A stretch of 37,996 nt of DNA from an uncultured virus (IMG/VR IMGVR_UViG_3300021960_000038) (Duplodnaviria; Heunggongvirae; Uroviricota; Caudoviricetes): IMG/VR virus record IMGVR_UViG_3300021960_000038; one strand, written 5' to 3'. The notes under the pieces are model-generated. The model worked only from the letters and a program-made list of their open reading frames with translations, searched no databases and was not told where the DNA came from. The position numbers were made by a program, and so were the translations under genes. Positions 26,368-34,199 of the stretch are shown piece after piece. Position 1 is the stretch's first letter; each line of letters opens with the position of its first letter.

Positions 26368-28863
26368 TTAGGCAAAGAAACTATCTAAACTAGCAGTTGG
26401 TTCTACATTCCAATCTATAGTGTCTAGTATTGCCTGTAGAGGTTCTACAAAAGACTTTTGAAACTGTATTTCATAATCAACATACTTGTGTAAATCAAAT
26501 TCTTTGGGCAAGAAATCAATGAAAGCAATTACATTTTCATTAATAGTGTTAGGAAGTTTTAGATAACAGAACTTGATCTTCTCACCATTTTTTATCAAAC
26601 TGTATCTCATATCTAATCCTTTTTTGTTTAGATAATGATTGTACAACAAAGAACCTCTTACATGAATCGGTGTACTCTTTGTGTAAATGTTAGCATTGTC
26701 TTTATACTGCATCAATCCCTTAACACCTCTTGGGAATGCTACTTCTTCAGGTGGTAACTCTCTAAACAATGTTCTACTTTCTTCTACAAAGTTATGTATT
26801 GCCATTTCGTCACCTTGCATGACCACCTTCAATCCTTGTTCCAATCTTCTTCTTACCCATAATGGTGTTGACGACTTTGCTGTTTCTATACCCATCATCT
26901 TCAACTTAGGTTGAGCAAGTCGAACTCCTTCGTCATCAAGTACATTCAGAATGTATCTTTTCTTTGCAGTCCAGATACCTTTGTCTGCTATCACTTCTCT
27001 TGCCATCTGCATCTTTTGATCATAAGCATTTACATAGTCAGCAAGTTCTTGATAAGACTGATCAATAAAAGGTTCTATCTTTTCTTTAGCAATCTGATCT
27101 AAAAATTGTAATGGGTTCTTAGGATTCACTTTCTGTATCAATTCATCAAACCTTACATACACTGAATCCGTATCCATTGCGATAACATAATCGTCATCAG
27201 TTTTAAGTAGATTGTTCAACCATTCGTTAATCTTCTTCTCAATCCATTGTATAGATAACTGCCCTGCTGTAGTAATACCCTCTGCGATTCTAAGGTTAAA
27301 GAAAGCAAAGTATTGATTTGCGAGAGCACCATATGCTGAGTTAAGAGAAATCTTTCTCACCATCTGATTGTTATGACATATTGTTATAATGGATTGCAGT
27401 TCTTCTTTCTTCTTAGGATCAGTTTCTACTTGTAGTTTCTTTGATGCTTCAATCATCCTACCTTTCCATAACTTCCTTTCATCGTAGAACTGTTCCATTA
27501 ACTCTGGTAAGAATCCTTGTTTCTTCTTACTAAACACTGCACCATTAGGTACAACTGTCACATCTTTGCGTTTAATATATGTGGAATCATATTGCTCATT
27601 AAGTAGTTTCTTAACAGTTACATCTTCATGATTATCGGTAAGAGTCTCTGGTGACATATTGTACTGCATAATCAAATGAGGATACAGTGAGTTTAAGTCA
27701 AAGGAAAGTACCCAATTGTGCCCACCTACTTGTGGGTCTTTAACATACGCACCAATGATTGGTCCTTTCTTATCGTTGCCAGTCTTTAAAGCAGGTGGTG
27801 GTGTTTGTATATTCCTATCTCTTAGGAAGTTATAAATGATTGTTTCCCAGTATCTAACTTGACCAAAGGTATCGCCATAATTACACTTGGCAGTATAAGT
27901 CATAGCAAAGATTAGATTAATAAGACCAAGTTTCTTATCAAGTCTTTCTACCAAGTCAACATCTTTAATGTTATACTCTAGGAACTTGATGTAGTCTTGC
28001 TTGTATAGTAAGTGTAGGGATGATTGTTCATAATCTAATTTACCCTCACCAAGTTCTACCTGAGCAATGTTATCTAAACGATAAGATTCTTGATTAGTGT
28101 AGGTGAACTTCTTATAGATTTGTAGATAATCTAGAATTGTGATACCATGTAGTTTCCAAGATTGCTGAACATTAGTACCACCCATGAAGTTCCACTCTCT
28201 GGTATTAGATAATCCCCATGGTGATAGTTTCCTATGTTCACCCTCACCAAACAGTTTGTCAATACGATTACATAGATAGGCAATGTCAAAGGTTTCAACA
28301 TTCCAACCTGTAATACAATCAGGTGATAGTTCTCGCCAAACTTTGATGAACTTAGTTAGAAGTTCTTTTTCAGATTGGCAGGGATAGTAGTGTATGTTTC
28401 TTTGATGATCCCATTCGCCAAATCCAAATACATGAGCAGGTTTACCAAATGGTTTCAATGTGATAGCATTGACTCTTTCGTTTGCTAGTGTTGGTTCAGG
28501 GAATCCCTCTTCACACTCACACTCAATGTCAAGAGTACAAACTCGAATGTGATTGGGGTCGTACTCTATGTCACCTTTGAATGTGTCAGCGATATAGGTA
28601 TATGCCCAACGATCAAATCCGTGTACTTCAAATGAATCTACACCAGAGTATTTTTCACGGAATCTTCGAGCACCTCCCATACTATCGAGGTGTATTGGTT
28701 CGAGATTTCTTCCGTCTAGTGTTTTGTAAGGTGAGTCGTCTTTTTTAGATAAGACATATAGAGTGGGTTTGTAAGGGAGTTTTGCCTTTACTTGCTTTCC
28801 TCCCTTATAACCTCTAACAAGAATTAAGTCACGAGTGGTATGTACATGCGTATAAAAATCCAT
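26368..28863 (-). CDS. gp43: Family B DNA polymerase (T4 gp43)
   Basis: LDIE, TGWNVETFDIAY, YNIKDV exonuclease motifs; SFDLNSLYP, KISLNSAYG, MDTDS, KKRY. Confidence 0.98.
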   Translation of the reverse strand: MDFYTHVHTTRDLILVRGYKGGKQVKAKLPYKPTLYVLSKKDDSPYKTLDGRNLEPIHLDSMGGARRFREKYSGVDSFEVHGFDRWAYTYIADTFKGDIEYDPNHIRVCTLDIECECEEGFPEPTLANERVNAITLKPFGKPAHVFGFGEWDHQRNIHYYPCQSEKELLTKFIKVWRELSPDCITGWNVETFDIAYLCNRIDKLFGEGEHRKLSPWGLSNTREWNFMGGTNVQQSWKLHGITILDYLQIYKKFTYTNQESYRLDNIAQVELGEGKLDYEQSSLHLLYKQDYIKFLEYNIKDVDLVERLDKKLGLINLIFAMTYTAKCNYGDTFGQVRYWETIIYNFLRDRNIQTPPPALKTGNDKKGPIIGAYVKDPQVGGHNWVLSFDLNSLYPHLIMQYNMSPETLTDNHEDVTVKKLLNEQYDSTYIKRKDVTVVPNGAVFSKKKQGFLPELMEQFYDERKLWKGRMIEASKKLQVETDPKKKEELQSIITICHNNQMVRKISLNSAYGALANQYFAFFNLRIAEGITTAGQLSIQWIEKKINEWLNNLLKTDDDYVIAMDTDSVYVRFDELIQKVNPKNPLQFLDQIAKEKIEPFIDQSYQELADYVNAYDQKMQMAREVIADKGIWTAKKRYILNVLDDEGVRLAQPKLKMMGIETAKSSTPLWVRRRLEQGLKVVMQGDEMAIHNFVEESRTLFRELPPEEVAFPRGVKGLMQYKDNANIYTKSTPIHVRGSLLYNHYLNKKGLDMRYSLIKNGEKIKFCYLKLPNTINENVIAFIDFLPKEFDLHKYVDYEIQFQKSFVEPLQAILDTIDWNVEPTASLDSFFA

Positions 28864-28870
28864 CAAGTAT

Positions 28871-28909
28871 ATTGTACTACAATAACCTCCTGTTGTAAAG
28901 GGGGTTTTA
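28871..28909 (-). promoter_or_regulatory. Sigma70-like promoter, class A (polymerase)
   Basis: TAAAACCCCC-TTTACA-N17-TACAAT; ATG 7 nt downstream. Confidence 0.75.
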
Positions 28910-29113
28910 GAACCTTTCTATCTCTTCGAGCAAATCCCTGTAATGGGCAATCTGCGCAAGTTCTTTTTCGATAGTTTCCATCAGATCAGGATGTTCTGCC
29001 ACCCCAACTGAGTTATGTAAAAGATTCTCTACATTTACTTGATGTTTTTTAATGTGTCCTTCAAAATGCAGTTTACCTGCTTCTATTATCGCATCTTTCA
29101 TACTTATCGGCAT
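28907..29113 (-). CDS. Conserved hypothetical protein
   Basis: 68 aa with VGVAEHPDLMETIEKEL. Confidence 0.75.
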   Translation of the reverse strand: MPISMKDAIIEAGKLHFEGHIKKHQVNVENLLHNSVGVAEHPDLMETIEKELAQIAHYRDLLEEIERF

Positions 29114-29117
29114 AATA

Positions 29118-29711
29118 TTATAATCCTAGTTCTTTTCTTTTTTCTTCAGGGATTTCGTCTGGCGATTTCTCAACAAATACAGGATTTCTTGGGTCGCTTT
29201 CGAGAAAGTCTAAGAAACCTGTACTAGCAAAGTACTCGTCTCCTTCTTCGATTGCTTTACCAACTGCAACAACTCTATCTCTGAGTCTGGTTGCTCTTGG
29301 TCCAACTTGAGTTGCCCATTTAGAATCCATCATTTGAACTGCCATTTCTGCATAGTCACCTTTCTCTAATGCTGCTAACATTTTTTTGAAACCAGATAAT
29401 CTAGTTTGTCCCATGTTAAACATCATGTTGAGTAGTATATGTTGGATTTCTCCTGGGAATGCATGGAAGACTTCTTCGCCCCACATGTGCTTACATTCTT
29501 CATGATGCTCATGTAAGTCGACAAGTAGTAACTCTTCAACTTGTTCATCAGTGATTGTATCACCAACTTCAAGTTTTTCTAATCCACCATCAACTTCCTT
29601 GATCAAGTGACCAACACCAACAGTTTTAAGTCCTAAAGAATCTAGATATACATCGTTCTTGACACCTTCGTCAAATTTAATTTGTTCAACAAATTGTTCG
29701 TCTCTTCTCAT
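29118..29711 (-). CDS. T4-type lysozyme (GH24), putative endolysin
   Basis: E-x8-D-x5-T triad in DEGVKNDVYLDSLGLKTVGVGHL; NMMFNMG; DSKWATQVGPRA; ATGA-coupled start at 29711. Confidence 0.9.
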   Translation of the reverse strand: MRRDEQFVEQIKFDEGVKNDVYLDSLGLKTVGVGHLIKEVDGGLEKLEVGDTITDEQVEELLLVDLHEHHEECKHMWGEEVFHAFPGEIQHILLNMMFNMGQTRLSGFKKMLAALEKGDYAEMAVQMMDSKWATQVGPRATRLRDRVVAVGKAIEEGDEYFASTGFLDFLESDPRNPVFVEKSPDEIPEEKRKELGL

Positions 29712-30367
29712 TTTAATAGTTCTCCAGAAAAGTATTTTTTTAGCATGTCTGTAAAAGACAGCCATGGTTCGTATAACAGTACAACTTCGCATCCCTTATC
29801 TTCCCTCATAGTCTTAACTCCATGTGGTAGCATAAAGTTGCATATATGTGCTGTACTACTATTTATTGTAATTGTATTTTCATAACTTCTTAAATTTTTA
29901 AGAGGTATGATCCCTAAATGCTCACCATATATATCCCATTGTGGTATTGAAACTTCATAACACAAATCCAAAGGATAGTCTGGATCAGTAGCATATGTGA
30001 TTGCTGATGCTCTCATAGGCATATCAAGATGTAACAGATAAGGTGTATTTGCTTTCATCTTTAGATATGAGAGTATGGGTCTATGTAGATTAAAGTTATC
30101 TAAGACCCATGGATGATCTACTATTCTAGTATGTAGAATATCAGCAGAGTCACCATCTGGCACTTTATTCCTAAGATCTTGTACCACATGTTCAGGCAGA
30201 GTTCTAAACTCTGGTTCTTCTATGGGAGTTGCCATCCCACCTATGGTTAGAGGTAATTGCTGATCCTCTATACCATATTCTTTTATCAGTTGCTGTTGTA
30301 CATCGATGATGACATTTTGATATACATCTTCACTTGTCACCTTCGTTGGTTTGATTTTGTTGTTCAT
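29708..30367 (-). CDS. Hypothetical protein, possible 2OG-Fe(II)/cupin fold
   Basis: LHLD (HxD) plus distal LPHGV; weak match. Confidence 0.45.
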   Translation of the reverse strand: MNNKIKPTKVTSEDVYQNVIIDVQQQLIKEYGIEDQQLPLTIGGMATPIEEPEFRTLPEHVVQDLRNKVPDGDSADILHTRIVDHPWVLDNFNLHRPILSYLKMKANTPYLLHLDMPMRASAITYATDPDYPLDLCYEVSIPQWDIYGEHLGIIPLKNLRSYENTITINSSTAHICNFMLPHGVKTMREDKGCEVVLLYEPWLSFTDMLKKYFSGELLK

Positions 30368-30692
30368 TTTTAACTTGATTAAGTATGATTTCTACGAGTA
30401 TGTCACCCATTAATGCTTGGAGTTCCATGTTTTTATACAACTCTTCAATATCATGATCAGCAGGATGTCTTATAGTTCTTTCAAATTGTAGTTCTCGTTC
30501 TCCTTCTACAAATGAAACTCTGCCATATTGATATACGATTCCTTTGTATTTATCAATATTGATTCTTATGGCAGCATCATCTTCATTTGGATTTTCTACA
30601 ATAGTATAGACACCATCATCAAATAAAGGATTCTCACCTTTCTTATAAAATAGTTTATTGTGATTTAGCATCACATCTTTAGTTTCGCTCAT
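30330..30692 (-). CDS. Hypothetical protein
   Basis: 120 aa; GIVYQYGRVSF; overlaps both neighbours. Confidence 0.7.
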   Translation of the reverse strand: MSETKDVMLNHNKLFYKKGENPLFDDGVYTIVENPNEDDAAIRINIDKYKGIVYQYGRVSFVEGERELQFERTIRHPADHDIEELYKNMELQALMGDILVEIILNQVKNEQQNQTNEGDK

Positions 30693-31488
30693 AATATTCC
30701 CTTACTAAGTTATCATCAAAACTTGCTCTCCAGCAAATTCTTCTTTTATCACCCTTTCTATTTATCACCCTATGATTTGTCATTAATTGATTCCATATAA
30801 CAACATCACCTGTTTGATAAACATGCTTATAATCTATCATAGGATTCGATGCTTCGTTGCGTAATTTTTGACATACCTCTAACACTGTTGGATCCTCTTG
30901 TCTATCAATGTATCCTGGATTGAATGAATAATACTTCATTCCACAGAACTCTTGTACTAAAGGATGATCATGTTTGTCTGTTGCTCGTACAACATGATCT
31001 TGTCCATCGGTAGCATTAACGACCATCTTGAAATAAGTAAACATTTTACCCTCTGCCTCTTCTTTATAAGAACTGTATTTATAAAGAGCAGCAAGATTTT
31101 TGAATTCAGTATTAGGATGTGGGTTACCATCCACTCTTTCACAAGTTATGATACTGAATCTGGGTGGATCTGCATAACAAAGATTATCGTTATGCCATGC
31201 TGAAATGTAAGGTCCATTGTGGAGGTAATCTTTATCTTCATTATCTAAAGGGAATACATTGAACTTGGAGAAGTTATCTTTCTTCTTGCTCTGTCCTAAT
31301 CCAATTTGCAAATCATCATTACGAAATCTTCCCAGTTTCTGTACAAATTCAAATGTCCATTCTCTTGTTACAGTTTCTTTATGACCTCTAATGATCACAA
31401 TGGGTGCTTTTGTTAAACCAAACCATATGTCTTTTAAATCTAAAGAATTAGTTTCAAAGTAATGGTTGGGAAAATGTAAAGGTATCAT
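30679..31488 (-). CDS. TauD/TfdA-family 2OG-dependent dioxygenase
   Basis: WHND, TEF.NL...Y, HPLV, GDVVIWNQLMTNHR, RICWR. Confidence 0.8.
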   Translation of the reverse strand: MIPLHFPNHYFETNSLDLKDIWFGLTKAPIVIIRGHKETVTREWTFEFVQKLGRFRNDDLQIGLGQSKKKDNFSKFNVFPLDNEDKDYLHNGPYISAWHNDNLCYADPPRFSIITCERVDGNPHPNTEFKNLAALYKYSSYKEEAEGKMFTYFKMVVNATDGQDHVVRATDKHDHPLVQEFCGMKYYSFNPGYIDRQEDPTVLEVCQKLRNEASNPMIDYKHVYQTGDVVIWNQLMTNHRVINRKGDKRRICWRASFDDNLVREYYERN

Positions 31489-31622
31489 CCAAACAAGTCA
31501 TAGTATGCAAGATACACAAAGTATCCTAAGAACACTAATACTCCCAGAAGGAAAAGGTGTAATACTATTGTAAAGACACCCATCACTATGTTGTCTAGTA
31601 TTTCACCTAAAAATTTAAACAT
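31485..31622 (-). CDS. 45-aa membrane peptide (absent from track)
   Basis: MFKFLGEILDNIVMGVFTIVLHLFLLGVLVFLGYFVYLAYYDLFG; overlaps both neighbours. Confidence 0.65.
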   Translation of the reverse strand: MFKFLGEILDNIVMGVFTIVLHLFLLGVLVFLGYFVYLAYYDLFG

Positions 31623-32175
31623 CTTCTTGTTTGCCTGTTAAGGATCTATATGCATTGTCCTTCCATTCTTGGAGCCAATCATCAAATTCTTCATCGTCAG
31701 AGGTATTGTATTCTGTATCGCCATTGTTTCTTATTTCACAAACCTCATCCCAAGACATTTCATCGTAATCCACGATGTCGTCTCTTTCTGTAACCATAAC
31801 ACCTGTGAAATTATAAAACTCATCATCATAATAATTGACGATCTTTATGTCTTCGTCAAACTTCTGCAAATGTTTAGCAATAAAATTGCAAAACACATCA
31901 CATACTGACCATGCTGAAGTCACACAAATATAAGATTCTTCTAGATCAGTAATGTGTGCCCATTTAGCACCTATGTTGTCGATGTACCAATCATAAGACT
32001 TATCTTCATCGTATTCTGGCATGTTTAATTCTTTAGCAAAATGCTCTGGATAATGTTCTAACCATCTATCAGTTATAGGATAAGATTCTTTTATTGAATC
32101 GACGATTCTTACCCACTCATTTATAGCAGAATCATTACCCTCAATGCTTATATATTGATAGACATGATTTGCCAT
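31615..32175 (-). CDS. Acidic protein, DUF1281/YubB ferredoxin-like
   Basis: MANHV...YDWYIDNIGAKW...SAWS pattern. Confidence 0.55.
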   Translation of the reverse strand: MANHVYQYISIEGNDSAINEWVRIVDSIKESYPITDRWLEHYPEHFAKELNMPEYDEDKSYDWYIDNIGAKWAHITDLEESYICVTSAWSVCDVFCNFIAKHLQKFDEDIKIVNYYDDEFYNFTGVMVTERDDIVDYDEMSWDEVCEIRNNGDTEYNTSDDEEFDDWLQEWKDNAYRSLTGKQEDV

Positions 32176-32693
32176 TAGGAATTAGTTCCTTCTACATAAT
32201 TGAGTACAGTGATAGGATCTGATACAACATAAGAATCATCATCAGCATTGTCTCTTTGATTAGGTTCTATGAAAGATTTTTCAACGACCATATCATTAAT
32301 GACCATAGCATATCTCCAAGATCTCATACCAAAACCAATGTTTGACTTATCAACTAAAGCACCCATCAATCTAGTAAATTGACCTGTGCCATCTGGTAAT
32401 GCTTTGACTTTTTCCACACCTTGTGCATCAAACCAAGCATTCATAACAAATGCATCGTTAACACTTAAGCAATAGATTTCGTCAATACCATTCTCAATGA
32501 ACTTGGAATAGTTTTCTTCATATCCTGGAAGTTGCTTTGATGAACATGTAGGAGTAAATGCTCCTGGAAGTGAGAATAGAAGTACTCTCTTACCACCAAA
32601 CATTTCAACTGTTTCTCGTTTTACAAACTCACCCAATTCTCTAAATGTAAATTTAACATTGGGTACAAAATTCTTTAATTCAAATTCTGACAT
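32175..32693 (-). CDS. Peroxiredoxin (Prx5/Redoxin type)
   Basis: SLPGAFTPTCS, SVNDAFVMNAW, GMRSWRY. Confidence 0.93.
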   Translation of the reverse strand: MSEFELKNFVPNVKFTFRELGEFVKRETVEMFGGKRVLLFSLPGAFTPTCSSKQLPGYEENYSKFIENGIDEIYCLSVNDAFVMNAWFDAQGVEKVKALPDGTGQFTRLMGALVDKSNIGFGMRSWRYAMVINDMVVEKSFIEPNQRDNADDDSYVVSDPITVLNYVEGTNS

Positions 32694-32854
32694 TAGTCTG
32701 TCCTCATAATAACACTTGGATCTTTAGCAGAGAATACCTCTTTTAAAAATCTCATCACTTTAGTTTGTCTATCGAATACAAAGTTTCTAAACTCATCCAT
32801 GTATTCAACCTGTACTATAAATCCATTTTGGACTTGTTCTACTTCAATTTTCAT
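32693..32854 (-). CDS. Small hypothetical protein
   Basis: MKIEVEQVQNGFIV...; GGAGG SD upstream; TAATG coupling. Confidence 0.7.
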   Translation of the reverse strand: MKIEVEQVQNGFIVQVEYMDEFRNFVFDRQTKVMRFLKEVFSAKDPSVIMRTD

Positions 32855-32881
32855 AATATATATATTTCCTCCAATTATGAT

Positions 32882-32956
32882 TGGCACCCTGTAGGAGAAT
32901 CGAACTCCTGTTGCATGGATGAAAACCATGTGTCCTAACCACTAGACGAACAGGGC
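32882..32956 (-). tRNA. tRNA-Glu (TTC)
   Basis: Cloverleaf with CATGG-TTTTCAT-CCATG anticodon arm, GTTCGATT, encoded CCA. Confidence 0.93.
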
Positions 32957-32957
32957 A

Positions 32958-33034
32958 TGGCGATCCAGAAGGGACTCGAACCCTCAACTTCTGCCGTGAC
33001 AGGGCAGTGCTCTAACCAATTGAACTACTGGACC
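32958..33034 (-). tRNA. tRNA-Asp (GTC)
   Basis: CTGCC-CTGTCAC-GGCAG anticodon arm, GTTCGAGT, CCA. Confidence 0.95.
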
Positions 33035-33038
33035 AAAG

Positions 33039-33114
33039 TGGTGGAGTGAGAGGGACTCGAACCCTCGACCTCTTCCGTGCAAGGGAAGCATTCTCCCAAC
33101 TGAACTACCACCCC
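33039..33114 (-). tRNA. tRNA-Ala (TGC)
   Basis: CTTCC-CTTGCAC-GGAAG anticodon arm, G3:U70 pair, CCA. Confidence 0.95.
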
Positions 33115-33118
33115 ACAT

Positions 33119-33194
<76 letters not shown>

Positions 33195-33196
33195 AT

Positions 33197-33289
33197 TCAT
33201 TTGAATTTCCGATACTTAAACAAAATGATGCGTGCCCTCCACATGTAGTAGAGTGCTCGCATCTTTTGAATTAACTTCCGAATCATCAT
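33197..33289 (-). other. tRNA-operon leader: long hairpin and possible 30-aa basic peptide
   Basis: GATGCG/CGCATC and CTCTAC/GTGGAG stems; ORF MMIRKLIQKMRALYYMWRARIILFKYRKFK. Confidence 0.4.
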
Positions 33290-33298
33290 ACAGTATAT

Positions 33299-33337
33299 AT
33301 TGTACTGTATTTAGTCGGTGCTGTAAAGGTGATTTTA
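33299..33337 (-). promoter_or_regulatory. Class A sigma70-like promoter with embedded late-like ACTAAATA (tRNA operon)
   Basis: TAAAATCACC-TTTACA-N17-TACAAT; ACTAAATA at 33308-33315. Confidence 0.7.
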
Positions 33338-33787
33338 CTCAGAAAGTAAAGTTTTTTTCGCTTTCTTTGCGATTTTCCCACCAATATCAAAGATTTTTGG
33401 TTTCTTTTCTTCTGGTATAATGCGTTCTAGATCAATGAGTAAGATACCATTGACCAAGTCAACATTAACTACTTCCACATCTTCAGCAAGGGCAAATGAT
33501 CTTTTAAAGAAACGAGTTGCTATTCCTTTATGTAGGAATGACTCATCGTCTTCTTTATCTCTGCTTCCTTCAATGAACAGAGTCTGTTCTTTGAGTTCTA
33601 CTTTGAGATCATCCTTACCAAAACCAGCGACTGCTATTTCAATTGTGAAATGTTCATCATCTGTTTTGCGGATGTTGTAGGGTGGGTATGATGTAGAGGA
33701 ATTTGCTTGAGATGCAATCTCTAATCTGTTGAATAAGGAATCTAGACCGATTCCGTACATAAGGTTTGATGTATTAAATGTTACCAT
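33335..33787 (-). CDS. hsp20: Small heat-shock protein Hsp20 (IbpA-like)
   Basis: YPPYNI, IAVAGF, LHKGIATRFFKRSF, NGILLIDLERIIPEEKKPK; AGGAG SD. Confidence 0.95.
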   Translation of the reverse strand: MVTFNTSNLMYGIGLDSLFNRLEIASQANSSTSYPPYNIRKTDDEHFTIEIAVAGFGKDDLKVELKEQTLFIEGSRDKEDDESFLHKGIATRFFKRSFALAEDVEVVNVDLVNGILLIDLERIIPEEKKPKIFDIGGKIAKKAKKTLLSE

Positions 33788-33866
33788 CGTTTTTCTCCTT
33801 TTTAGCAAGTTTTAATTTGGCACCCATAATGGCATGCCACCAAGTTGAGAATCTACTGATCCTCAA
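33785..33866 (-). promoter_or_regulatory. ROSE-like RNA thermometer in hsp20 5' UTR
   Basis: Two hairpins, then CUUGCU pairing with the AGGAG SD; late-like ACTAAATA at 33870-33877. Confidence 0.6.
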
Positions 33867-33868
33867 AA

Positions 33869-34036
33869 CTATTTAGTCGCTTTCTCTCTTGAAAGTTCTA
33901 ATTGTCTTAACTTTATTTCCCAAAGATTTTTAAATTCTATATCTGTTGCTTTTTCGATTGCTCTGGTCAATGCTTCTTTTCTTTGCATAAAATTGTACTC
34001 TCTTACAACAGCATTCATAATAGAATTATTGATCAT
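33869..34036 (-). CDS. Small hypothetical protein (55 aa, absent from track)
   Basis: MINNSIMNAVVREYNFMQRKEALTRAIEKA...; ATGA coupling. Confidence 0.6.
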   Translation of the reverse strand: MINNSIMNAVVREYNFMQRKEALTRAIEKATDIEFKNLWEIKLRQLELSREKATK

Positions 34037-34191
34037 CGTCCTTGACCTCTATATCTGCCCTGTGCTCTTTTCTTATGCTTATTCAAAGTAGATGTTGCTT
34101 GTCGCACTTGTCTACCTCTGCCTGGAGTTCCTTGACTTGTTTTCTTACGAGTCACAGGAGTATGTTTAGTCAATCTAAATTTTGCTGCCAT
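34033..34191 (-). CDS. Small basic conserved phage protein
   Basis: KKTSQG...NKHKKRAQGRYRGQGR; AGGA SD before ATG 34191. Confidence 0.75.
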   Translation of the reverse strand: MAAKFRLTKHTPVTRKKTSQGTPGRGRQVRQATSTLNKHKKRAQGRYRGQGR

Positions 34192-34199
34192 AATAATTC

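Noticed and set aside
26368..28866. Intein, intron or split in gp43 (also checked gp41, uvsX, nrdB)
   Set aside because: Lengths are normal and the motifs are contiguous.
32855..32929. N-terminal extension of track ORF 32693..32929
   Set aside because: It overlaps tRNA-Glu; the SD supports a start at 32854.
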